NCBI RefSeq assembly: GCF_964204645.1
Contig: NC_134030.1
Span: 18,746,210-18,810,209 of the forward strand
Source: Tubulanus polymorphus
Lineage: Eukaryota > Animalia > Nemertea
Reading direction: 5' to 3'
DNA length: 64,000 bases
The notes under the pieces are model-generated. The model was not told the DNA's origin, searched no databases, and saw only the letters and a program-made list of their open reading frames with translations. Below are positions 1 to 16,144 of the stretch, piece after piece (positions within the stretch are counted from its first letter, which is position 1; each line of letters opens with the position of its first letter). The translations under genes and the position numbers were made by a program.

Positions 1-91
1 CCTTAATCCCTTTTTATATACAATACTGACTATTGATATAAAGTCCATACGAGCAAAAGCTATGCGCCAAATGAATTGGGTGAACAAATGA
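1..91 (+). CDS. 3' end (TM7 and C-tail) of an upstream B/C-type GRL101-like GPCR copy, truncated by the window edge
   Basis: Reads [32 protein letters not shown](89-91), matching the ends of B1 (22398), C1 (32599) and B2 (57082). Whether the full copy is intact cannot be seen. Confidence 0.9.
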   Translation, partial: LNPFLYTILTIDIKSIRAKAMRQMNWVNK

Positions 92-4228
<4,137 letters not shown>

Positions 4229-7200
4229 ATGGATCGACTGAAAGCGCTGTTTATAGCATCGCTGGTCGTCTGGCGAGTTAACATCGCACACGCTGATCTG
4301 TCTGACTCTGTGACGGTCAGTTCGTCTTGTAACAACACTTGGTACCCCGTCGATTCTACGTCCGGTTACATCGTTTCACCGAATTACCCGTCGTTAACGC
4401 GCGGTGTTGAATGTCGTTGGTTCGTCAACAGCTCTTTACCGGGAACTTTCAACATCAAACTATACTACGGCATCGAGCCGTCGATATTCTGTAGTGATAA
4501 CTACCTTCTCGTCTGTGAGTCCGATAACAGATTCTGCGGTGAAGGAAAACATGAAATCCGCCGTAACGATTCGATGTCGTTGATGTTTAGGAGTAACGTC
4601 GATGGTGCGCGGGGTAGTCGGGTTTATATCACGTATCGTTATGAGAAGCCCATTGAGAATCAGTCATCGCTGCAGTGAATCTAATTTTCAAATGGATGAA
4701 ATGAAAATGTCGACAGGATACAAATTCACGATGTTGATGCGTGATGGTTGTCAGATCTTCCTGGAATGGGACGCCCTCTCGGCTGGTTCAGCGTTGAATT
4801 TTACATTCGCAGATTTTGACCTAAAACTCCCACCTTCTGTCGATCCAGCGTCAAGTTTTCGAATCAATGACGGCTGGAACACCAGCAGTGAACCGATAGC
4901 GCTTATGGGTGAACAACGCGGACAGCAGCCGTCATCGTTTTATACTAAAACAAACAGTGCCGTTTTCAGTTTGCTACATGGGCATGAGGTTACCACAACA
5001 CTATCAGTTCAGATCTATAGAATATCTGATTGGAACGTCTCTAATCCGTCAATTCAAATCTCTAATAACGAGTCCGGAGTGCTCATTCCAGATGACAACA
5101 GTTTACACGTATTAACTCGATCAAAACACTTACACTGCTGGTCTATCACAGTGCAGGTGTTACAGTACGTCGTCTTCAACTGGACACGTGATCTCAGCAC
5201 ATCCGGTGACGTCATCGGTGTATATAAACTAGAAGGGTTACGCGTTGTAGGAACTGATATTTTACTCGGTTACAACTACCTGGAATCACTGAGTGTTAAA
5301 TCTGACGGCTTTCTCGTCATACTGTGCGTTTTAATAAGACCGGGTGTTTTACAGTCGAATGTAAAAATTGAATTTGAAGTGAAATCTATCTCTATAGGAG
5401 ACGTACAAGTCTACAAACCCAAGGTGAGTAAAGATGTCCACTCGGCTGTAGCTAAATTTAATGTAACTTGTGAACCAAAGAATATACATCGTCAAACACC
5501 TTTTTTCTAATTGCGATAAAGAATATTTAATTTCAAAACACGGTGCCCTCGCGGTGCAACTGATCGAAAAAGTATCTGAAAACTTTAATCAGCCGTTCAT
5601 TAGTCATTCATTTATCCTTCCCTTCCGAACGCAGAGCCGTCGGAAGGAATTTTTTAGTGGCGAGGCTTATTTCTGACGGGAGTCTGGGGCCCTCCCCTAG
5701 AAAAATTTTGAAAATTCAATCGCCGGAGATGCGTTTTGGGGCCATTTCACGGTCTCATTCACAGAAGCATTTGAAGTCGTGAGCCAACCACCTAGTACAG
5801 AGAACGACGAGCTGCTACGCGGTACAGCATGCTTGCTTTCGAAAAAAATTTTGTTAAGCAAAAAATTGGGGCGGTTTGGGCCGCCCCTGTTCCGACGGCT
5901 CTGGAACAGATGAAATACCGTATGAAATATGGTATGAAATGACGTATGAATATGAAATAACGTCCAGTGAAATGAGCGTTTGTCAGAGATGACGCCTGCC
6001 TACATAAACAATAAAGTTCTGAAATTACCCATTTATAAATCACATTTCTCTGTAATGGCTAAAATAAAATTCGAACCAGTAGCATATTTGATATTTGTTT
6101 TAATATATCACATTTGACAAAATACATTTTACGTAATATTTCGATGTTTCTTCTATTTACAGCGGCACCGCTGAAAGATATTTATGAATTCCTAATAGAA
6201 ACTAAACTCATTGATATTGTAGGTAAAGCGCGATCGGTTTATATCATCAAACCCCTTTCCTTTTCTAAGATGAGGTTTAAGTTTGGTGTATTCAAGTATG
6301 AATTCACATGGAAAGTTGAAATCTATGACATCGATCTGGAATTAGCTGTGCTGTCTGTGAATTGCGAAAATGCTGGATTTTATATATATGATGGTGGTAA
6401 TTTCACGGCTAGACGATACGGTCCGTATTGCCCCAGCCCATCGGGATATAGACGAAGCGTCGTCAGTCTGATTACATCAGGCGGCCCGGTGATCATGGTG
6501 GGCTATTCCATTAACAGTCAAATCCGGCACAAGGGCGGCGTGGTATTACGTCCGTCTGACTGTGACGGCTACGCGCTACGGGAAGGAGATTACAGCGTTA
6601 CAGTGCCGCTGACGTCACGCTGTTTCACGGTTTCACCCGAAAATCGGGACGTTCCATTACATCATAGTATCGACATATTATCACCGCACGAATATGAAAT
6701 GAACTCGTGTTTGCCTGATTTTATCTCGACATCTACGCCGTGTAGTCGTTATTTGTCTATCGATAGGCAGCGCCTCGATAACAGTCTCGTACTGCACACT
6801 GTTACAGTAAATGATACGCGCTTGTTCAGAAGACGCCCGTACATCATTGAATTGAGGCGCGTATGTCAAACGACGGATAGACGTAACAGACGGTTCGGCG
6901 ATGCGGAATGGAATAAAGGCGACTGCGGAATCTTTCAGTCGCCGAACTACCCGGCTTCGGTCGGATATTCGAGTACTACGATCAGATACAATCTCAAGTT
7001 CAAATGGAATACAGCCCCGATAGAGTTTTACCGATTCGTTATAAAATATATGGAAATAACACCGTGCATGAAAAGTTCCAAAGGGGTTCGATACTCCATC
7101 TTTTACGTCGAGTTAATGAAATACAAAGACAGCGAGACGAAACATGGAGATAAACTATGCGGAATATACGCCCGAGCAGGATTACAGTTTTATAGTATCA

Positions 7201-10200
7201 GTACAGGTCCCCTCTGGTTCGAACTGAAAAACGATATTCCGAAATTCCGTATTCAATACATTTTAGAGAAACAATTTTTGATGAAACCGCGCGATATTGT
7301 CTGCAAATCGGGACTCATAGATTCAGGAGTTTCCTGCGTCAAATATATCAGAGACAAACGTCTGAAATGGGAGAACGCTGAAATATACTGTCAACAGAAA
7401 TACGGAGGACATCTTCTCAGTATCAACTCGGAACATGAAATGATTGCTATTAAAAGATTATTTGCTAGTAAACTTCTTCGAGATGGCTATACACAGAGAT
7501 CACTTGTGGTGATGATCGGCTTGAAACTGCAGGTAAACTATACACGAATTTTCAAACGTCTTCTGTCAACAGAGATGTTTTAAATTTTCAGCATTTATTT
7601 CTAGCCCAAACTCGGTTATTACACGTGGACTGATGGGAAACCCTTGAGCTACACAGAGTGGTTTAAACCAACGGGAAACGAAACGATACCAGCAGTTATT
7701 CGAGGATTGATATCTTCTCAACGAAAACAACCGATAAATGACGTCAATACGCCGTGTACGGCGATGATACTGAGTAACCCACGAGGATCGGCGAACTGGA
7801 TTCGATTCCCGTGTCAAATCGAAGACGACCACACGAGTTTTATGTGTGAATTTGACGGAGTTGATGTTGGAGAAAAACGGGGAAATGCAACTGTCAACAG
7901 TGGTGAATATGGACCAATTGAAATGATGTTTTCATTTAATTATATTCCGAGAAACAATTCACCGTGTAGACGAGGTTGGCTTGGTATAGCCGGACAGTGT
8001 TATCAGATACTGACAGACTGGACAAACAAACAGGGTTTGGATATCAGAGGAGCGAGAGAAATGTGTCGTGAAATCCACGGAGAAATAACTCATCACGAAT
8101 CTGACATCATTAAAAACATAATTGAAACATTGCACTTTAGGCACCAATATGGCGCTATACTGACCTCTGATGACAGAATTATAAAACCAATAATCACTAG
8201 AGATGACATAACTCATACGCAGATAGTTAAATGGATGACAAAACAGTTCGATAATGTCACAGATGTAGCGCATTCCGTGCTATGTTCCTATAATGTCGCT
8301 GGTGATGAGTTGGCTTCTATCAGCGGTTGTAAATCGTGGCAGTTTAAATGTAACGATCAAAGATGTATCAGCGACCATCGCGTATGTGATACTAGAAACG
8401 ACTGTCAACACGGCGAAGATGAACTCGATTGTTCGGGTTCAAACTTACACAGTCAGTTCCACTGCTCAGATGGACGAGTTATATCAATAAGTGGTTTCTG
8501 TAATTTCATAAATGATTGTGTTGATGGTTCTGATGAGAACTCGTGTCGTCATCCTCCGTGTTTTTCCGAGCAATTTCGCTGCAAGAGTGGTCAATGTGTC
8601 AGTAAGTATAAAAGATGTGACGGAGTAACTGATTGTAAAGACGGCTCCGATGAAATTGAATGCACCTCTCAACTGTGCCAGGGGTTTTTGTGCAACAGTG
8701 GAGACTGTATCAGTTATCAGTTGTATCAGGATGGTGTCGTGGATTGCAGTGGAAGTCTTGAAGAAGATGAATTAGTAACAAATGCTGATGTTACGTTGAA
8801 TCCTACAGTTAACTGTAATGATGGAAACCTATGTACGACTAACTTCACAAATCTCTGTACGGATTCCGATGAACAAAGATGTTCTTTCGATTCTCCTCAT
8901 TGCTATTCTAGACGTCTCAGGTGTATTTTGGAGATAATGACAAATGGTTACCCAGTTTGTAGAAATCTTCAGCATATATTGAGATGTGAAACATTTGATT
9001 GTCCAGCTGGTACTGTAAAATGTTCAGCATCTTACTGTATACCGATGGGACAGGTGTGCGATGGTCGATCCGATTGTCCTAATTCAGAAGACGAGCGAAA
9101 CTGCGAGACTATGTCATGTCCCGGCATGTTCAAATGTGGCCAGGAAAACCGATGCATTCCTCAATCTGAAGTTTGTGATGGTGTTGTGAATTGTAACCAT
9201 ACTACTGATGACGAGGCTTTCTGTAACGTAACGTGTCCTGGGGGTTGTAAATGTCAAGGCCTTTTGATCGACTGCGGGAATGCCGGTTTAACAAATATTA
9301 CTGATCTTTTCTCGGCATCAACTCGAGTTCTGATTCTGTCGAATAACACAATTATCCTGGAGATATCGACATTTGTTTCATATGATTATCTTCGTTTGCT
9401 CAACATCTCCTTAATTAAATAAATTGTTTTATATTTTACCAAATGCATTCGCAAAGCTGCATAATCTATACACATTAGACCTGACATATAACAACGTAAC
9501 ATGATTATCCATAAATACATTCACCGGGCTGTATAGTTTGAAAGAGTTATTCATAACTAAAAATCCACTACGTCATTTAGCGGACGATACGTTCCAAGAG
9601 TTGAGATCACTTAGATCTCTCGATCTTCACGGACTTTCCTTGGTTTTACTTGGAGGAAATGTGTTTAGAGGTTTATCTACATAACAGTCTTTGAATATCA
9701 GCAGTAACAGCATTCATCATATTTCACGATATGCCTTTGTCGGTTTATCTTCACTTGAAATTCTAGATATCAGCAACAACTACAAAGTTATTTCTGTCGA
9801 CAGAACAGTTTTCTATAATTTGACATCATTGCGCTCCTTACGGTCTGACGCGTACAAGTTTTGCTGCATGGTTCCGAGTGTTGACCGGTGCATTCCCGAA
9901 GCAGATCAATTTTCATCCTGCTCTGATCTGATGGGTAACACGGCCCTCAGAGCTATCATCTGGGTCATCTCTACGTTCAGTTTCTTTCTGAACAGTATCG
10001 TCATTTTATTCCGTGTTCGATCATTTCGACTTTCATCCAGCGAAAAGCGTAACATATCTTCTGACATCATTATCATCAGTATCGCAGCTTGTGATTTTCT
10101 GATGTCGATTTATTTGTTTCTTATCGCGGGAGCTGATTACGTGTATAAAGGAGTTTATTTCCTACATTCTGAAACTTGGACGGACAGTTCATTGTGTAGT

Positions 10201-10839
10201 TTCGCTGGTGTTATGGTTACTATTTCCTGTGAAGGCTCATTGACGTTTCTATTCATTCTAACGCGTCACAGATATTCAAATATCGTTGATCCATTTTCTG
10301 GAAGCTCGATTACATCTCCGAGATATGTGTCCATTATTTCTTGCCTATGTTGGCTCATCGTAGGTGTAATTTCTTTAATGCCACTGTCACAATCGACTTA
10401 TTTCGGCAATAAATTTTACGGATCTACTGGAGTTTGCTTACCTATGAATTTAATTTCAATTGATAGCAATGCCTGGCAATATTCATTCGCTATTTTTGCC
10501 GTGTTTAACTCTGTCGTACTCGCTACAATTATGATGACGTATGCACAGATGTACAGACTCGTATCTGGAAGCAGGTCCGGCTCGGGTAGAGCTGATCCTA
10601 CCGAATTGATTCTGGCGCGTAGAAGTTAAGTGATAAATCTGTGTAATTTATTTTGCTGGTTACCGATAATTATCGTTCAGTTTTGCGCTGTATTCCGAGT
10701 CGAGATACCGAACCAAGTGGCGGCTTGGTTGGCGGTACTTTTCCTACCGATCAACTCGTCACTGAATCCACTTCTTTACACCATCCTCACTATCGATATA
10801 AAATCAATACGAGCAAAAACGAAACGCCGAAACTATTAG
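4229..10839 (+). pseudogene. A1: CUB-CTL-LDLa-LRR-7TM GRL101-like GPCR pseudogene; exons 4229-5423, 6223-7532, 7605-10839
   Basis: Splice sites AAG|GTGAGT, TGTAG|GTA, CAG|GTAAAC, TTCTAG|CCC. Lesions relative to A2: 2-bp deletion ~4645, 1-bp T-run deletion ~6262, TTAA duplication 9411-9418, stops at 9502, 9682 and 10627. Confidence 0.9.
5632..5903. mobile_element. 272-bp MITE in intron 1 of A1
   Basis: 14-bp perfect TIR CAGAGCCGTCGGAA / TTCCGACGGCTCTG; flanks GAACG / GAACA (imperfect 5-bp TSD). Confidence 0.75.
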
Positions 10840-12395
10840 AAGAAACGGCAATTAATGAAATCCTAACTCTTGTGTGGATTCATTGGCCTGCATGTAAGTT
10901 ATAATGTATTTGAAGTCTTTTTAAACCGCGTGTATTGGCTTAGTTCTTATGGTATTTTTCTTTCATCTTCAATGATCTGGTTCCCCTTAGAGGTCGTCCA
11001 TTAATTCTCTCTTTGTTTGAAACATTACAATTATGTAATAATTACATTAAATAACATATTGAATTGAAACGGACGACATGCGCACCGACAAAAAGATGGC
11101 AGAAAACTAACTTTTTAGAAAATAAATCCTATCCTGTCCAAATACACTCCTATGATTTGAACTTAAGCGCTGCAGTTTCGAAATTTTTTTACAATCAATA
11201 TTCTATTTCGAATATTTGAGTTACAAAGGAAAAGAAACATAGACCTATGTATTCATTTGAAGAAATAAATTTACCGCCAATTATAAATAGGTGAATTTTA
11301 AACTGTCTTTTGATATTTATCTACCAGTAAAAGCCTTCTATAAGGACATATATCCATATCTACGTTACACAGTTGAAGTCTATTGGAAGTGTATTATTCC
11401 AATACTGTTCTACTCCAATACAATAACTGTTAGGATTTTACCAATTTCATCGTAGCATAGTAAGAAGCCGGAGTGTATTGCATTCAACTAACTCATAATC
11501 AGTACTTAACGCTACATGCCAGCATAAAAATCTTGAAAATTAAGCTACACAAAGAAATACCCTAGTTTTTCGTCAGAATTGTTTCTGGTGAGCGATTTTT
11601 CTATTGCTTTAAGAAAAATGCCAATGCCAAACAAAGACTCAGAAAAAATTACAGAAACAGTATTGATTTCTTTCTCTGAAGATTATCCACAGAAAGGACG
11701 TGTTTAATCTAGAGTAGAATAAGTAAACCGTGGTCAGAAGAGTGAACCATGATAATAGATAACAGGCCAGGTAAATACCATAGATTAGATTGAGAAAAAA
11801 GTTATGGGTTTAGATTGCGACATACAGTTAACCCCTTCTATACCACTCTCTTATACCACCATTTACACCAAACGCCAGGTTTTCTCTATGTACGGAATAT
11901 TTAACTTGACATCTGAAAAAAAAAACAAACCAGATATAATGCTCTCGTTTCCCGCCAACACGTTTCCACAGTACAGTCCAATACAATTTTAAATGCAAGG
12001 TTAAAGATTTTTTTTTACTATCAATGTGACGCCATTTCTTTCGACGCCAATGGCTTTGCGCTTGCTTTGGTCGTTACATTGGCCTTGCCTTTGCCCCTGA
12101 CGTCTGCGATGAGGCAGATAAAGCTGATCTGGGTTAGGTCTTCGCCCAGCATGTGCGCTAAGGCCATCTATCGTGGTATAAGTTTGTCCGTCCACAGTGT
12201 TTCCACTCTGCGGAGTAGTAAGTGATCGCGGAGTGTTGCTTGTCTATTTATCAGAGAACTGTTCCGGAGTGGTTCCACTCTGCGGAGTAGAAAATGGTCC
12301 TGGAGTGTTGCTTGTCCATTGATCAGATGTATAATCGTCCTTTACTATATCTGCTGGGTCATTGTCCGTCGCTTTTACTTTCACTGTAGCTGGTC

Positions 12396-12548
12396 TTAAC
12401 CTTTGCCTTCGAAGTGGATCTCGTTCAGGTTTTCGCCAAGTCTGTGCACAGGGTCATCTACCATAATATTAGCAGCTCCCCAAATATGACTAAATTGAGC
12501 ATGCGCAATTACCATCAAAATGATCGCTAGCGTAAAAACCTTCAGCAT
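12396..12548 (-). CDS. Small ORF (50 aa from MLKVF) with a predicted signal peptide; possibly the 5' part of a decayed secreted-protein gene extending to ~12050
   Basis: MLKVFTLAIILMVIAHA|QFSHIWG...: basic residue, hydrophobic core, A-x-A cleavage site. Same peptide at 45578-45730. Confidence 0.4.
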   Translation of the reverse strand: MLKVFTLAIILMVIAHAQFSHIWGAANIMVDDPVHRLGENLNEIHFEGKG

Positions 12549-13444
12549 CGCGATTTTCTCTGAAATAGAAGATTTAAACATAAACATATCTTAATATGAT
12601 TTTAGGCGTTTAGCCGTACCATTTAGCAAAATAATAGGAACTCATAATGACTTAATGCCTTATTCACTTATCATAAGTTTGAAATTTGCTTATACGTTAA
12701 ACGTTTCTACATTTACGTAATGAATGACTATGACTGAAGAGCTTGATGATAAAAGTTCTTTTTTAGGAATATTCGTATTCTATCCCGAATATTTTGATTT
12801 TCGAGCTTCAAAATCGATTGAATTTGCATAATTCAGGTGCAGATAAACCCCCCATTGTGCGTGGTGGGTTGTCAGCAGCATTGGGAAAACGTGAAACTAT
12901 TCTTATCTGTGCTTATAGTCTAAGCTTTCAAATCAGTTTTAACCACAAACCTATGTATTTTTCGTGGCGATTTATTGAAATTCGTTTTAACTTTTTTTCA
13001 CGAAAATTAATCGCCACTGGGCGACTTAAAGACCTCATGCAGAATTAGAACGAATGAATTATTTAGAATATTTATTCCTAAAGATAGAAAGGGTTTTCCT
13101 TAATTTGCAAAAATTAGTTGTCATTTTTTTTTCATCCGACCTCCCAAATTAGCGTGAGGACCATAGCAACGCACTTAACACGGAATTTTGTAATTCGTAA
13201 ATCGCGCGCGGTGACGTCAGTCCGGGAATACAGTACAAGCTGGAAGTTATCTGATACGCGCTACACGGGGCGCCGCTTATAATTTTCTCGTCAAAAACCA
13301 CCAAAATCAGGATGTCAAGGCGTTACCCGTAAAACTAACTTCTCATTGAAAATTGACGAATTCAATTATTCAATCGAATTCAATTGATAAGTTTGTTTGC
13401 TTCTTTTTTGCCAAGTAACTTCTCGAATTGTAACAGGAAATATC

Positions 13445-15662
13445 AGTAATTGGAAGATGGCGTTTTCATACCAGAGGACGAGAGGACGACACGTCACTCA
13501 TCACCACAAGCAATTTTTTTCCCTAATGAATGGGAGACAGTGAGTTCCGAACAGAAAAAAAGTGATGTTAATGAAAATCAATATTATTGTCCTTATTGTA
13601 AAAATCTAATAAATCTCGGCATGAAAAAACTGTAAATCATAAAAAAATGTTATAGATTTTGAGAGACCAGTTAATTCTAATGAAAGAAAAGAACAATTAG
13701 AAAATATGAAAAAAGATGAAATTAAATGTAATGTTTGTAATGAATTTATAGCAAAAAGGAATTATAAAAGACATCTCGAATCACAAAAACACCAACAAAA
13801 TATAAATATAAATATTTTAGGAACAGAATATTTTGATGATAAACCTCAACAAGTAAAAAAACCAGTTTCAAACACTAAATCTATTTCAAATAAACCTTAT
13901 ATGGAAAACGTTAGAAATTATATCGATTCGCTAGAAATTAAAGATACAATTGAAATTTTAGAAACATTACGTAGTAAAATTGGTCCTGCAGCTATTATAT
14001 TTAGATTTTTTAAAGGTGCAACAATAGAAGATTATAATAAATATATTAAAATAATGGAAAAAATAATGGACTTTGTTACAGATGTTGAATATCCAAAAAT
14101 TAGTATTTCTGGAAAAGTTAGTTTTATAAAATCAGAAGCAAAAATGGAGTATAATATTCAAACACATTCTGAAGAAATCATTTCAAAAACACAAATAAAA
14201 GAGAAATTAGAAAAAATATTTAATGAATTTAAAAGTCATATAGAAGAAAGATATTTTGAGGGTTCTGGTTTAACATTGAATGAAATTATATTTTTAGATT
14301 TAAATATTTATAGTACAAAAAGGAATAAAGCGTCAAAGAGTAATACAATGTTTAAAAATGATTCAAACTTTACAACAGAAAAGGATATTAAAGCATCATC
14401 TTATATTAAATTACCATTCACAACAAAAGCAGTATTAAATGTTCAAAATGAAGATAATAAATGTTTTCTATGGTCACTTATTAGTTGTTTACACCCAACT
14501 CAGGAAAATGTTTGTAGAATAACAGATTATCGGAAATATGAAACATTTTATGAAATTGATCAATATCCAGTAACTATAAGACGGATTCCTAAAATAGAAA
14601 AAGTTAATAATTTAAAAATGAATGTATTAGAATTAATGCATTTACCAGAGACAAAAGGTGAAAATATTAAAGATTATACATTAGAAGCTTTATATTAAAC
14701 AGAATATTATGATGAAAATGTTATAGATTTATTATACTATAAAAAAGATGAAAATGAACATTATATGTGGTTAAAACAAATAGATTTATTCTTTAAAACA
14801 GAAAGTGATCACCATCGTAAAATTTATCTATGTAGAAAATGTTTATCTAAATTTATGACAGAAAATGCGTTACTAAAACATAAAGAATCATGTGATAACA
14901 AAGATTTTTGCAAATTAATAATGCCAACAGAAAAATATTATAAATTGAAATTTACTAATTATAAATTTAAAAATATAGTGCCATTTGTAATTTATGGGGA
15001 TTTTGAATCGTTGAATAAAGAATTAACTGATCAACTGATCTTTATTTAACGATTCAAAATCTAAAGAATAAATCTATTTGTTTTAACCTCATATAATGTT
15101 GATTTTCATCGTTTTTATAGTATAATAAATCTATAACATTTTCATCATCATAATATTCTGTTAATTATAAAGCTTCTAATGTATAATCTTTAACATTTTC
15201 ACCTTTTGTCTCTGGTAATTGCATTAATTCGAATACATTTATTTTTGTTGAGGTATATCATCAAAATATTCTGTTCCTTAAATATTTTTATTTAAATTTT
15301 GTTGGTGTTTTTGTGATTCGAGATGTCTTTTATAATTCCTTTTTGCTATAAATTCATTACAAACATTACATTTAATTTCATCTTTTTTTATATTTTCTAA
15401 TTGTTCTTTTCTTTCATTGGAATTTTCTAGTGTCTCCAATCTATAACTTTTTTTAATGATTTACAGTTTTTCCATGCCGAGATTTATTAGATTTATCAAT
15501 GTATTTTTTACAATATGGACAATAATATTGATTTTCATTAACATCACTTTTTTCTGTTTGGAACTCACTGTCTCCCATTCATTAGGGAAAAAATTACTTG
15601 TGGTGATGAGTGACGTGTCGTCCTCTCGTCCTCTGGTATGAAAACGCCATATTCCAATTACT
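13445..15662. mobile_element. Non-autonomous Maverick/Polinton derivative, copy 1 (2218 bp)
   Basis: Termini AGTAATTGG...CCAATTACT, perfect 6-bp TSD AATATC (13439-13444, 15663-15668), inverted arms over 400 bp, pPolB N-terminal remnant inside. Confidence 0.88.
13706..15049 (+). pseudogene. Zn finger plus N-terminal/ExoI part of a Maverick-type protein-primed family B DNA polymerase (stop at 14696-14698, truncated)
   Basis: CNVC..HLESQKH finger; SSYIKLP..KAVLNVQNEDNKCFLWS..LHP; HYMWLK; CRKCL..F..L..H..C; PFVIYGDFE (ExoI-like YADFE). Confidence 0.8.
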
Positions 15663-16053
15663 AATATCAAAATGTTAAAAAAAAATAATTCCACCATTAG
15701 TCATCCGGACGAAACAATGATCTAAAATGGGGGAGAATAGTTAAGATAGGCCTAAGCGAAAACTTAAGAATCGGAGCCGGTTTTCACGAACGCGTGAACT
15801 GCAGCGTATGAATCAGTGAATATCTTTGACCTTGGTGGATTTATCAAACATGCAGAAAACTTCAGTCGTGCACAGTGTGTATGTACAGGTATAACAAGCC
15901 CTTTTTCTACTGTAACTGCCTCGAGGCATTTAATATATGTGCATTGCTGAGTTGACTGCAGGCAAGTTTTATTCATCCCTCGATCTCTCGGTTCAGAGCT
16001 TAATGGTAGGGTTGCTCTTGAGGAATTTCTGACTCGACAACACAAATTTTCTG

Positions 16054-16085
16054 ATTGGATGAGGTCGCACCCTGATCGGGCCAAT
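16054..16085 (+). promoter_or_regulatory. Paired CCAAT boxes upstream of B1 (also 50737-50768 before B2)
   Basis: CTGATTGG and GCCAAT 60-90 bp before the ATG. Motif match only; the TSS is unknown. Confidence 0.3.
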
Positions 16086-16144
16086 AAACGATTCTGCGAA
16101 ACTAAAGGAGTTCCGTTCATTGTATCGTGTTGACGCTGTTCGGT

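Noticed and set aside
6114-6222. TTTACAG (6162) as the exon-2 acceptor of A, as implied by the 489-aa ORF
   Set aside because: Phase is incompatible with the donor. The TGTAG acceptor is in frame in A2 and aligns with B (FPF), so A1 has a 1-bp deletion instead.
10627-10629. Programmed readthrough or recoding of in-frame stops
   Set aside because: The stops are not shared between copies and co-occur with frameshifts.
15764-16120. 118-aa antisense ORF upstream of B1
   Set aside because: Frameshifted in unit 2 (50501-50803) and has no recognisable domain.
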